Origin: the human T2T-CHM13v2.0 reference genome, Homo sapiens
Assembly: GCF_009914755.1 (NCBI RefSeq)
Contig: NC_060928.1
Reading direction: 5' to 3' (one strand)
Length of the DNA: 64,000 bases
The position numbers and the translations under genes are program-made. Shown piece by piece: positions 14,301-29,300 of this stretch. Numbering within the stretch: the stretch's first letter is position 1; each line of letters starts with the position of its first letter. The notes beneath the pieces were generated by a model that had not been told where the DNA came from, made no database searches, and saw only the letters and a program-made list of their open reading frames with translations.

Positions 14301-17300
14301 TACATACTTTGGTCTCTTTGATGTTTTATGTACAGTATATAATACATACTTTGGGTTCTTTGATATTTTATGTGCAGAATATAATGCATAGTTTTAGGTA
14401 CTTTTATATTTTATGTACAGTATATAATACATACTTTGGGTACTTTTTTATTTTATGTACAGTATATAATACATACTTTGGGAACTTTGATATTTTATGT
14501 ACAGTATGTAATACATACTTTGGGTACTTTGATATTTTATGTACAGTATACAATATATAGTTTGAGTACTTTGATATTTTATGTCCAGTATAAAATACAT
14601 AGATTTCATACTTTGATATTTTATGTACAGAATATAGTTTGAGTACTTTGATATTTTATGTACACTTTATCATAAAAGTTTGGGTACTTTCATATTTTAC
14701 GTACAGTATATAATACATACTTTGGGCACTTTGATGTTTTACGTACAGTATATAATACATACTTTGGGTCCTTTGATATGTTATGTACAGCATATAGTAC
14801 ATAATTTGGGGACTTTTATATTTTATGTACATTATATAATACATACTTTGGGTACTTTTATATTTTATGTACGGTATATAATACATACTTTGGGTACTTT
14901 GATATATTATGTACAGTATATAATACATACTTTGGGTACTTTGATATATTATGTACAGTGTATAATACATACTTAGGGTACTTTGACATTTTATGTACAG
15001 TACATAATACATACTTTGGGTACTTTGATATTTTATGTACAGTATATAATACATACTTTGGGTACTTTGATATTTTATGTACAGTATATAATACATGTTT
15101 TGGGTACTTTTACATTTTATGTACAGTATATAATATATAGTTTGGGTACTTTGATATTTTATGTACGGTATATAATACATACTTTGGGTACTTTGATATT
15201 TTATGTACAGTATATAATACATACTTTGGGTACTTTGATATTTTATGTACAGTATATAATACATACTTTGGGTACTTTGATATTTAATGTACAGTATATA
15301 ATACACACTTTGCGTACTTTGATATTTTATGTAAAGTATGTAATACATACTTTGGGTACTTTGATATTTTATCTACAGTATGTAATACACGCTTTGGGTA
15401 CTTTGATATTTTATGTAGAGTATGTAAAACATACTTTGGGTAGTTTGGTATTTTATGATCAGTATATAATACATATTTTGGGTACTTTGATGTTTTATGT
15501 ACAGTATATAATACATACTTTAGGTTCTTTTATATTTTATGTACAGCATATACTACAAAATTTGGGGACTTTTATATTTTATGTACATTATATAATACAT
15601 ACTTTGGGTACTTTTATATTTTATGTACGGTATATAATACATACTTTGGGTACTTTGATAGTTTATGTACAGTATATAATACATACTTTGGGTAATTTGG
15701 TATATTATGTACAGTATATAATACATACTTAGGGTACTTTGACATTTTATGTACAGTATATAATACATACTTTGGGTACTTTGATATTTTATCTACAGTA
15801 TATAATAGATACTTTGGGTACTTTGATATATTATGTACAGTATATAATACATAGTTTGGTTACTTTGATATTTTTTGTACAGTATGTAAAACATACTTTG
15901 GGGAGTTTGATATTTTATGAACAGTATATAATACACATTTTGGGTACTTTGATATTTTATGTACGGTATATAATACATACTTTGCGTACTTTGATATTTT
16001 ATGTACAGTATATAATTCATACTTTGGGTACTTTGACATTTTATGTACAGTATATAATACATACTTTGGGTACTTTGATATTTTATGAACAGTATATAAT
16101 ACATACTTTGGGTACTTTGATATTTTATGTACTGTATATAATACACACTTTGGGTACTTTTATATTTTATGTACAGTATATAATATATAGTTTGGGTACT
16201 TTGATATTTTATGTACGGTATATAATACATACTTTGGGTACTTTGATATTTTATGTATAGTATATAATACATACTAAGCGCACTTTGATATTTTATGTAC
16301 AGTATATAATAAATACTTTGGTTACTCTGATATTTTATGTACAGTGTATAATACATACTTTGGGTACTTTGATATTTTATGTATAGTATATAGTTTGAGT
16401 ACTTTGATATTTTATGTACAGTTTTTTATAAATATTTGGGTGCTTTCATATTTTATGTACAGTATATAATACATACTAAGCGCACTTTGATATTTTATGT
16501 ACAGTATATAATAGATACTTTGGTTACTCTTATATTTTATGTACAGTGTATAATACATATTTTGGGTACTTTGATATTTTATGTACAATATATAATACAT
16601 ACGTTGGGAACTTTGATATATTATGTACATTATATAATTCATACTTTGGGTACTTTGATATTTTATGTACAGTATATAATACATACTATGGGTACTTTTC
16701 TATTTTATGTACAGTATATAATACATACTTTGTTTACTTTGATATTTAATGTACAGTATATAATACACGGTTTGCGTACTTTGATATTTTATGTAAAGCA
16801 TGTAATACATAATTTGGGCAGTTTGATATTTTATGTACAGTATGTAATACACACTTTGGGTACTTTGATATTTTATGTACAGTATGTAAAACATACTTTG
16901 GGTAGTTTGATATATTATGTACAGTATATAATGCATACTTTGGGTACTCTGATATTTTATGTACAGAGTATAATACGTACTTTGGGTACTTTGATATTTT
17001 ATGTACAGTATATAATACATACATTGGGTACTTTGATATATTATGTACAGTATATAATACTTACTTGGGGTACTTTGATATTTTATGTACAGTATATAAT
17101 ACATACTTTGTGTACTTTGATATTTTATGTACAGTATATAATACATACTTTGGGTACTTTGATATTTTATGTACAGTATATAATATATACTTTGGGTATC
17201 TTGATATTTTATGTACTGTATATAATGCATAATTTGGGTACTTTGATATTTTATGTACAGTATATAATGCATACATTGAGTACTTTTATATTTTATGTAC

Positions 17301-20300
17301 AGTATGTAATACATACTTTGGGTACTTTGATATTTTATGTATAGTATATAATACATACTTTGTGTAGTTTGATATTTTATGTACAGTATACAATATATAG
17401 TTTGAGTACTTTGATATTTTATGTCCAGTATAAAATGTATAGTTTTCCTAATTGATATTTTATGTACAGAATATAGTTTGAGTACTTTGATATTTTATGT
17501 ACACTTTATTATAAATGTTTGGGTACTTTCATATTTTATGTACAGTATATAATACATACTTTGGTCTCTTTGATGTTTTATGTACAGTATATAATACATA
17601 CTTTGGGTTCTTTGATATTTTATATGCAGAATATAATGCATAGTTTTAGGTACTTTTATATTTTATGTACAGTATATAATACATACTTTGGGTACTTTTT
17701 TATTTTATGTACAGTATATAATACATACTTTGGGAACTTTGATATTTTATGTACAGTATTTAATACATACTTTGGGTACTTTGATATTTTATGTACAGTA
17801 TACAATATATAGTTTGAGTACTTTGATATTTTATGTCCAGTATAAAATACATAGATTTCATACTTTGATATTTTATGTACAGAATATAGTTTGACTACTT
17901 TGATATTTTATGTACACTTTATCATAAAAGTTTGGGTACTTTCATATTTTACGTACAGTATATAATACATACTTTGGGCACTTTGATGTTTTATGTACAG
18001 TATATAATACATACTTTGGGTTCTTTGATATCTTATGTACAGCATATAATACATAATTTGGGGACTTTTATATTTTATGTACATTATATAATACATACTT
18101 TGGGTACTTTTATATTTTATGTACGGTATATAATATATACTTTGGGTACTTTGATATATTATGTACAGTATATAATACATACTTTGGGTACTTTGATATA
18201 TTATGTACAGTATATAATACATACTTAGGGTACTTTGACATTTTATGTACAGTACATAATACATACTTTGGGTACTTTGATATTTTATGTACAGTATATA
18301 ATACATACTTTGGGTACTTTGATATTTTATGTACAGTATATAATACATGTTTTGGGTACTTTTATATTTTATGTACAGTATATAATATATAGTTTGGGTA
18401 CTTTGATATTTTATGTACGGTATATAATACATACTTTGGGTACTTTGATATTTTATGTTCAGTATATAATACATACTTTGGGTACTTTGATATTTTATGT
18501 ACAGTATATAATACATACTTTGGGTACTTTGATATTTAATGTACAGTATATAATACACACTTTGCGTACTTTGATATTTTATGTAAAGTATGTAATACAC
18601 ACTTTGGGTACTTTGATATTTTATGTAGAGTATGTAAAACATACTTTGGGTAGTTTGGTATTTTATGATCAGTATATAATACATATTTTGGGTACTTTGA
18701 TATTTTATGTACAGTATATAATACATACTTTGGGTACTTTGATATTTTATGTACAGTATATAATGCATAATTTGGGTACTTCAATAGTTTATGCACAGTA
18801 TATAATACATACTTTGGGTAATTTGATATTTTATGTACAGTATATAATGCATACTTTGGGTACTTTGATAGTTTATGTACAGTATACAATACATACTTTG
18901 GGTACTTTGATATTTTATGTACAGTATATAATATGTAGTTTGGGTACTTTGATATTTTAACTACAGTATATAATACATACTTTGGGTACTTGGATATTTT
19001 ATCTACAGTATATAATAGATACTTTGGGTACTTTGATATATTATGTACAGTATATAATACATAGTTTGGTTACTTTGATATTTTTTGTACAGTATGTAAA
19101 ACATACTTTGGGGAGTTTGATATTTTATGAACAGTATATAATACACATTTTGGGTACTTTGATATTTTATGTACGGTATATAATACATACTTTGGGTACT
19201 TTGATATTTTATGTACAGTATATAATTCATACTTTGGGTACTTTGATATTTTATGTACAGTATATAATACATACATTGGGTACTTCGATATTTTATGTGC
19301 AGTACCCTATATATAGTTTGGGTACTTTGATATTTTATGTCCAGTATAAAATAAATAGTTTTGGTACTTTGATATTTTATATACAGTATATAGTTTGAGT
19401 ACTTTGATATTTAATGTTCAGTTTATTATAAATGTTTGGGTGCTTTCATATTTTATATACAGTATATAATACATACTTTGGGCACTTTGATATTTTCTGT
19501 ACAGTATATAATACATACTTTGGGTACTTTGATATTTTATGTACGGTATATAATACATACATTGGGTACTTTGATATTTTATGTACAGTATATAATATAT
19601 AGTTTGGTTACTTTGATATTTTATAGACAGTATATAATATATATTATGTGTACTTTGATATATTATGTACAGTATATAATATATAGTATGGGTTGTTTGA
19701 TATTTTATGTACAGTATATAATATATAGTTTGGGTAGTTTGATATTTTTAGTACAGTATGTAATATATAGTTTGTTTTATTTGATATTTTATGTACAGTA
19801 TACAACATATAGTATTGGTACTTTGATATTTCATGTAAAGTATATAGTTTGAGTACTTTGATATTTTATATGCAGTTTATTATAAATGTTTGGGTACCTT
19901 CATATTTTATGTACAGTATATAATACATACTTTGGGAACTTTTATTTTATGTGCAGTATATAATACATACTTTGGGTACTTTGATATTTCATGTACAGTA
20001 TATAATACACACTTTGGGTACTTTGATATTTTATGTACAGTATATAATACACACTTTGGGTACTTTGATATTTTATGTACAGTATATAATACATACTTTG
20101 GGTACTTTGATGTATTATGTACAGTATATAATACATACTTTGGGTACTTTGATATTTTATGTACAGTATATAATACATACTTTGGGTACTTTGATATTTT
20201 ATGTACAGTATGTAATACACACTTTGGGTACTTTGATATTTTATGTACAGTATGTAAAACATACTTTGGGTAGTTTGATATATTATGTACAGTATATAAT

Positions 20301-23300
20301 ACATACTTTGGGTACTCTGATATTTTATGTATAGTGTATAATACATACTTTGGGTACTTTGATATTTTATGTACAGTATATAATATATACATTGGGTACT
20401 TTGATATATTATGTACAGTATATAATACTTACTTGGGGTATCTTGATATTTTATGTACAGTATATAATGCATACTTTGGGTACTTTGATATTTTATGTAC
20501 AGTATATAATGCATACTTTGAGTACTTTGATATTTTATGTACAGTATGTAATACATACTTTGGGTACTTTGATATTTTATGTATAGTATATAATACATAC
20601 TTTGTGTAGTTTGATATTTTATGTACAGTATACAATATATAGTTTGAGTACTTTGATATTTTATGTCCAGTATAAAATATATAGTTTTCCTAATTGATAT
20701 TTTATGTACAGAATATAGTTTGAGTACTTTGATATTTTATGTACACTTTATTATAAATGTTTGGGTACTTTCATATTTTATGTACAGTATATAATACATA
20801 CTTTGGTCTCTTTGATGTTTTATGTACAGTATATAATACATACTTTGGGTTCTTTGATATTTTATGTGCAGAATATAATGCATAGTTTTAGGTACTTTTA
20901 TATTTTATGTACAGTATATAATACATACTTTGGGTACTTTGATATTTTATGTACAGTATATAATACATACTTTGGGTACTTTGATATTTTATGTACAGTA
21001 TATAATACATATTATTGGTACTTTGATATTTTATGTACAGTATACAATATATAGTTTGAGTACTTTGATATTTTATGTCCAGTATAAAATACGTAGATTT
21101 CATACTTTGATATTTTATGTACAGAATATAGTTTGAGTACTTTGATATTTTATGTACACTTTATCATAAAAATTTGGGTACTTTCATATTTTACGTACAG
21201 TATATAATACATACTTTGGGCACTTTGATGTTTTATGTACAGTATATAATACATACTTTGGGTTCTTTGATATGTTATGTACAGCATATACTACATAATT
21301 TGGGGACTTTTATATTTTATGTACATTATATAATACATACTTTGGGTACTTTTATATTTTATGTACGGTATATAATACATACTTTGGGTACTTTGATATA
21401 TTATGTACAGTATATAATACATACTTTGGGTACTTTGATATATTATGTACAGTATATAATACATACTTAGGGTTCTTTGACATTTTATGTACAGTACATA
21501 ATACATACTTTGGGTACTTTGATATTTTATGTACAGTATATAATACATACTTTGGGTACTTTGATATTTTATGTACGGTATATAATACATACATTGGGTA
21601 CTTTGATATTTTATGTAAAGTATATAATATATAGTTTGGTTAGTTTGATATTTTATGTACAGTATATGATATATATTATGTGTACTTTGATATATTATGT
21701 ACAGTATATAATATATAGTATGGGTTGTTTGATATTTTATGTACAGTATATAATATATAGTTTGGGTAGTTTGATATTTTTAGTACAGTATGTAATATAT
21801 AGTTTGTTTTATTTGATATTTTATGTACAGTATACAATATATAGTATTGGTACTTTGATATTTCATGTAAAGTATATAGTTTGAGTACTTTGATATTTTA
21901 TATGCAGTTTATTATAAATGTTTGGGTACCTTCATATTTTATGTACAGTATATAATACATACTTTGGGAACTTTTATTTTATGTGCAGTATATAATACAT
22001 ACTTTGGGTACTTTGATATTTCATGTACAGTATATAATACACACTTTGGGTACTTTGATATTTTATGTACAGTATATAATACATACTTTGGGTACTTTGA
22101 TATTTCATGCACAGTATACAATATATAGTTTGAGTACTTTGATATTTTATGTACTGTATAAAATATATAGTTTTGGTACTTTGATATTTTATGTACAGTA
22201 TATAGTTTGAGTACTTTGATATTTTATGTACAGTTTGTTATAAATGTTTGGGTGCTTTCATATTTTATGTACAGTATATAATACATACTTTGGGCACTTT
22301 GATATCTTATGTACAGTATATAATACATACTTTGGGTTCTCTGATATTTTCTGTAGAGTGTATAATACATAATTTGGGTACTTTGATATTTTATGTACAG
22401 CATATAATACATACGTTGGGTACTTTGATATATTATGTACAGTATATAATACATACTTTGGGTACTTTGATATTTTAAGTACAGTATATAATCCATAGTT
22501 TGTGTACTTTTACATTTTATGTACAGTATATAATACATACTTTGGGTACTTTTATATTTTATGTACAGTATATAATACATACTTTGGGTACTTTCATGTT
22601 TTATGTACAGTATATAATATATAGTTTGGGTACTTTGATATTTTATCTACAGCTTATAATACTTACTTTGGGTAATTTGATATTTTATGTACAGTATATA
22701 ATACATACTTTGGGTAGTTTGAAATTTTATGTACAGTATACAATATATAGTTTGAGTACTTTGATATTTTATGTGCAGTATAAAATATATAGTGTTGGTA
22801 TTTTGATGTTTTATGTACAGTATATATTTTGAGTACTTTGATATTTTGTGTACAGTTTATTATAAATGTTTGGGTACTTTCATATTTGATGTACAGTATA
22901 CAATACATAATTTGGGCACTTTGATATTTTATGTACAGTATATAATACATACTTTGGGTACTTTTATATTTTATGTACAGTATATAATACATACTTTGGG
23001 TACTTTGATATTTTATGTACAGTATATAATACATACTTTGGGTACTTTGATATTTTATGTACAGTATATAATACATACTTTCGGTACTTTGATATTTTAT
23101 GAACAGTATATAATATATAGTTTGGGTACTTTGATAATTTATGTACAGTGTATAACACATACTTTGGGTACTTTGATATTTTATGTACAGTATATAATAC
23201 ATACCTTGGGTACTTTTATATTTTATGTACAGTATATAATACATACTTTGGGTACTTTTATATTTTATGTACGGTATATAATACATACTTTGGGTACTTT

Positions 23301-26300
23301 GATATATTATGTACAGTATATAATACATACTTTGGGTACTTTGTTATATTATGTACAGTGTATAATACATACTTAGGGTACTTTGACATTTTATGTACAG
23401 TACATAATACATACTTTGGGTACTTTGATATTTTATGTACAGTATATAATATATACTTTGGGTACTTTGATATTTTATGTACAGTATATAATACATGTTT
23501 TGGGTACTTTTACATTTTATGTACAGTATTTAATATATAGTTTGGGTACTTTGATATTTTATGTACGGTATATAATACATACTTTGGGTACTTTGATATT
23601 TTATGTACAGTATATAATACATACTTTGGGTACTTTGATATTTTATGTACAGTATATAATACATACTTTGGGTACTTTGATATTTAATGTACAGTATATA
23701 ATACACACTTTGCGTACTTTGATATTTTATGTAAAGTATGTAATACATACTTTGGGTACTTTGATATTTTATGTACAGTATGTAATCCACGCTTTGGGTA
23801 CTTTGATATTTTATGTAGAGTATGTAAAACATACTTTGGATAGTTTGGTATTTTATGATCAGTATATAATACATATTTTGGGTACTTTGATATTTTATGT
23901 ACAGTATATAATACATACTTTGGGTACTTTGATATTTTATGTACAGTATATAATGCATAATTTGGGTACTTCAATAGTTTATGCACAGTATATAATACAT
24001 ACTTTGGGTAATTTGATATTTTATGTACAGTATATAATGCATACTTTGGGTACTTTGATAGTTTATGTACAGTATACAATACATACTTTGGGTACTTTGA
24101 TATTTTATGTACAGTATATAATATGTAGTTTGGGTACTTTGATATTTTAACTACAGTATATAATACATACTTTGGGTACTTTGATATTTTATCTACAGCA
24201 TATAATAGATACTTTGGGTACTTTGATATATTATGTACAGTATATAATACATAGTTTGGTTACTTTGATATTTTTTGTACAGTATGTAAAACATACTTTG
24301 GGGAGTTTGATATTTTATGAACAGTATATAATACACATTTTGGGTACTTTGATATTTTATGTACGGTATATAATACATACTTTGTGTACTTTGATATTTT
24401 ATGTACAGTATATAATTCATACTTTGGGTACTTTGATATTTTATGTACAGTATATAATACATACTTTGGGTACTTTGATATTTTATAAACAGTATATAAT
24501 ACATACTTTGGGTACTTTGATATTTTATGTACTGTATATAATACATACTTTGGGTACTTTTATATTTTATGTACAGTATATAATATATAGTTTGGGTACT
24601 TTGATATTTTATGTACGGTATATACTACATACTTTGGGTACTTTGATATTTTATGTATAGTATATAATACATACTAAGCGCACTTTGATATTTTATGTAC
24701 AGTATATAATACATACTTTGGTTACTCTGATATTTTATGTACAGTGTATAATACATACTTTGGGTACTTTGATATTTTATGTATAGTATATAGTTTGAGT
24801 ACTTTGATATTTTATGTACAGTTTTTTATAAATATTTGGGTGCTTTCATATTTTATGTACAGTATATAATACATACTAAGCGCACTTTGATATTTTATGT
24901 ACAGTATATAATACATACTTTGGTTACTGTGATATTTTATGTACAGTGTATAATACATATTTTGGGCACTTTGATATTTTATGTACAATATGTAATACAT
25001 ACGTTGAGGACTTTGATATATTATGTACAATATATAATTCATACTTTGGGTACTTTGATATTTTATGTACAGTATATAATACATAGTTTGTGTACTTTGA
25101 TATTTTATGTACAGTATATAATACATACTTTGGGTACTTTCATATTTTATATACAGTATATAATACATACTTTGGGTACTTTGATATTTTATGTACAGTA
25201 TATAATACATACTTTGGGTATTTTGATATTTTATGTACAGTATATAATACATATTATTGGTACTTTGATATTTTATGTACAGTATACAATATATAGTTTG
25301 AGTACTTTGATATTTTATGTCCAGTATAAAATACATAGATTTCATACTTTGATATTTTATGTACAGAATATAGTTTGAGTACTTTGATATTTTATGTACA
25401 CTTTATCATAAAAGTTTGGGTACTTTCATATTTTATGTACAGTATATAATACATACTTTGGGCACTTTGATGTTTTATGTACAGTATATAATACATACTT
25501 TGGGTTCTTTCATATGTTATGTACAGCATATAGTACATAATTTGGGGACTTTTATATTTTATGTACATTATATAATACATACTTTGGGTACTTTTATATT
25601 TTATGTACGGTATATAATACATACTTTGGGTACTTTGATATATTCTGTACAGTATATAATACATACTTTGGGTACTTTGATATATTATGTACAGTATATA
25701 ATACATACTTAGGGTACTTTGACATTTTATGTACAGTACATAATACATACTTTGGGTACTTTGATATTTTATGTACAGTATATAATACATACTTTGGGTA
25801 CTTTGATATTTTATGTACAGTATATAATACATGTTTTGGGTACTTTTATATTTTATGTACAGTATATAATATATAGTTTGGGTTCTTTGATATTTTATGT
25901 ACGGTATATAATACATACATTGGGTACTTCGATATTTTATGTGCAGTACCCTATATATAGTTTGGGTACTTTGATATTTTATGTCCAGTATAAAATAAAT
26001 AGTTTTGGTACTTTGATATTTTATGTACAGTATATAGTTTGAGTACTTTGATATTTAATGTTCAGTTTATTATAAATGTTTGGGTGCTTTCATATTTTAT
26101 ATACAGTATATAATACATACTTTGGGCACTTTGATATTTTCTGTACACTACATAATTCATACTTTGGGCACTTTGATATTTTATGTACGGTATATAATAC
26201 ATACATTGGGTACTTTGATATTTTATGTACAGTATATAATACATAGTTTGGTTACTTTGATATTTTATATACAGTATATAATATATATTATGTGTACTTT

Positions 26301-29300
26301 GATATATTATGTACAGTATATAATATATAGTATGGGTTGTTTGATATTTTATGTACAGTATATAATATATAGTTTGGGTAGTTTGATATTTTTAGTACAG
26401 TATGTAATATATAGTTTGTTTTATTTGATATTTTATGTACAGTATACAATATATAGTATTGGTACTTTGATATTTCATGTAAAGTATATAGTTTGAGTAC
26501 TTTGATATTTTATATGCAGTTTATTATAAATGTTTGGGTACCTTCATATTTTATGTACAATATATATTACATATTTTGGGAACTTTTATTTTATGTGCAG
26601 TATATAATACATACTTTGGGTACTTTGATATTTCATGTACAGTATATAATACACACTTTGGGTACTTTGATGTTTTATGTACAGTATATAATACACACTT
26701 TGGGTAGTTTGATATTTTATGTACAGTATATAATACATACTTTGGGTACTTTGATGTATTATGTACAGTATATAATACATACTTTGGGTACTTTGATATT
26801 TTATGTACAGTATATAATACATACTTTGGGTACTTTGATATTTTATGTACAGTATGTAATACATAATTTGGGTACTTTAATATTTTATGTATAGTATATA
26901 ATACTTACTTTGGGTACTTTGATATTTTATGGACAGTGTATAATACATAGTTTGGGTACTTTGATATTTTATGTACAGTATATAATACATACTTTGGGTA
27001 CTTTGATATTTCATGCACAGTATACAATATATAGTTTGAGTACTTTGATATTTTATGTACTGTATAAAATATATAGTTTTGGTACTTTGATATTTTATGT
27101 ACAGTATATAGTTTGAGTACTTTGATATTTTATGTACAGTTTGTTATAAATGTTTGGGTGCTTTCATATTTTATGTACAGTATATAATACATACTTTGGG
27201 CACTTTGATATCTTATGTACAGTATATAATACATACTTTGGGTTCTCTGATATTTTCTGTAGAGTGTATAATACATAATTTGGGTACTTTGATATTTTAT
27301 GTACAGCATATAATACATACGTTGGGTACTTTGATATATTATGTACAGTATATAATACATACTTTGGGTACTTTGATATTTTATGTACAGTATATAATCC
27401 ATAGTTTGTGTACTTTTACATTTTATGTACAGTATATAATACATACTTTGGGTACTTTGATATTTTATGTACAGTATATAATACATACTTTGGGTACTTT
27501 CATGTTTTATGTACAGTATATAATATATAGTTTGGGTACTTTGATATTTTATCTACAGCTTGTAATACTTACTTTGGGTAATTTGATATTTTATGTACAG
27601 TATATAATACATACTTTGGGTAGTTTGATATTTTATGTACAGTATACAATATATAGTTTGAGTACTTTGATATTTTATGTGCAGTATAAAATATATAGTG
27701 TTGGTATTTTGATGTTTTATGTACAGTATATATTTTGAGTATTTTGATATTTTATGTACAGTTTATTATAAATGTTTGGGTACTTTCATATTTGATGTAC
27801 AGTATACAATACATAATTTGGGCACTTTGATATTTTATGTACAGTATATAATACATACTTTGGGTACTTTTATATTTTATGTACAGTATATAATACATAC
27901 TCTGGGCACTTTGATATTTAATGTACAGTATATAATACACACTTTGCGTACTTTGATATTTTATGTAACGTATGTAATACATACTTTGGGTAGTTTGATA
28001 TTTTATGTACAGTATGTAGTACACACTTTGGGAATTTTGATATTTTATGTACAGTATGTAAAACATACTTTGGGTAGTTTGATATTTTATGATCAGTATA
28101 TAATACACATTTTGGGTACCTTGATATTTTATGTACAGTATATAATACATACTTTGGGTACTTTGATATTTTATGTACAGTATATAATGCATACTTTAGG
28201 TACTTTGATAGTTTATGTACAGTATATAATGCATACTTTGGGTACTTTGATATTTTATGTACAGTATATAATACATAGTTTGGGTACTTTGATATTTTAT
28301 GTACAGTATATAATACATACTTTGGGTACTTTGATATTTTATCTACAGTGTATAATATATACTTTGGGTACTTTGATATATTATGTACAGTATATAATAC
28401 ATACTTTGGGTACTTTGATATTTTATGTACAGTATATAATACATACTTTGGCTACTTTGATATTTTATGTACAGTATATAATACATACTTTCGGTACTTT
28501 GATATTTTATGAACAGTATATAATATATAGTTTGGGTACTTTGATAATTTATGTACAGTGTATAACACATACTTTGGGTACTTTGATATTTTATGTACAG
28601 TATATAATACATACCTTGGGTACTTTTATATTTTATGTACAGTATAAAATACATACTTTGGATACTTTCATATTTCATGTACAGTTTATAATATATAGTT
28701 TGGGTACTTTGGTATATTATGTACTGTATATAATACATACTTTGGGTACTTTGATATTTTATGTACAGTATATAATACATACTTTGGGTACTTTGATATT
28801 TTATGTACAGTATACAATATATACTTTGACTATTTTTATATTTTATGTCCAGTATAGAATATATAGTTTTGGTAGTTTGATATTTTATGTACAGTATATA
28901 GTTTGAGTACATTGATATTTTATGTACACTTTATTATAAATGTTTGGATACTTTCATATTTTATGTACAGTATATAATACATACTTTGGGCACTTTGATA
29001 TTTTATGTACAGTATACAATACATACTTTGGGTAATTTGATATTTTATGTACAGTATATAATACATACATTGGGTACTTTGATATTTTATGTACAGTATA
29101 TAATATATAGTTAGGGTACTTTGATATTTTATATACAGTATATAATATATATTATGTGTACTTTGATATATTATGTACAGTATATAATATATAGTTTGGG
29201 TAATTTGATATTTTATGTACAGTATACAATATATAGTATTGGTACTTTGATATTTCATGTAAAGTATATAGTTTGAGTACTTTGATATTTTATATACAGT

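Noticed and set aside
14983-23383. The offset of 8400 bp equals exactly 200 x 42
   Set aside because: The interval contains about ten -8 bp cassettes and other indels, so the round multiple is coincidental.
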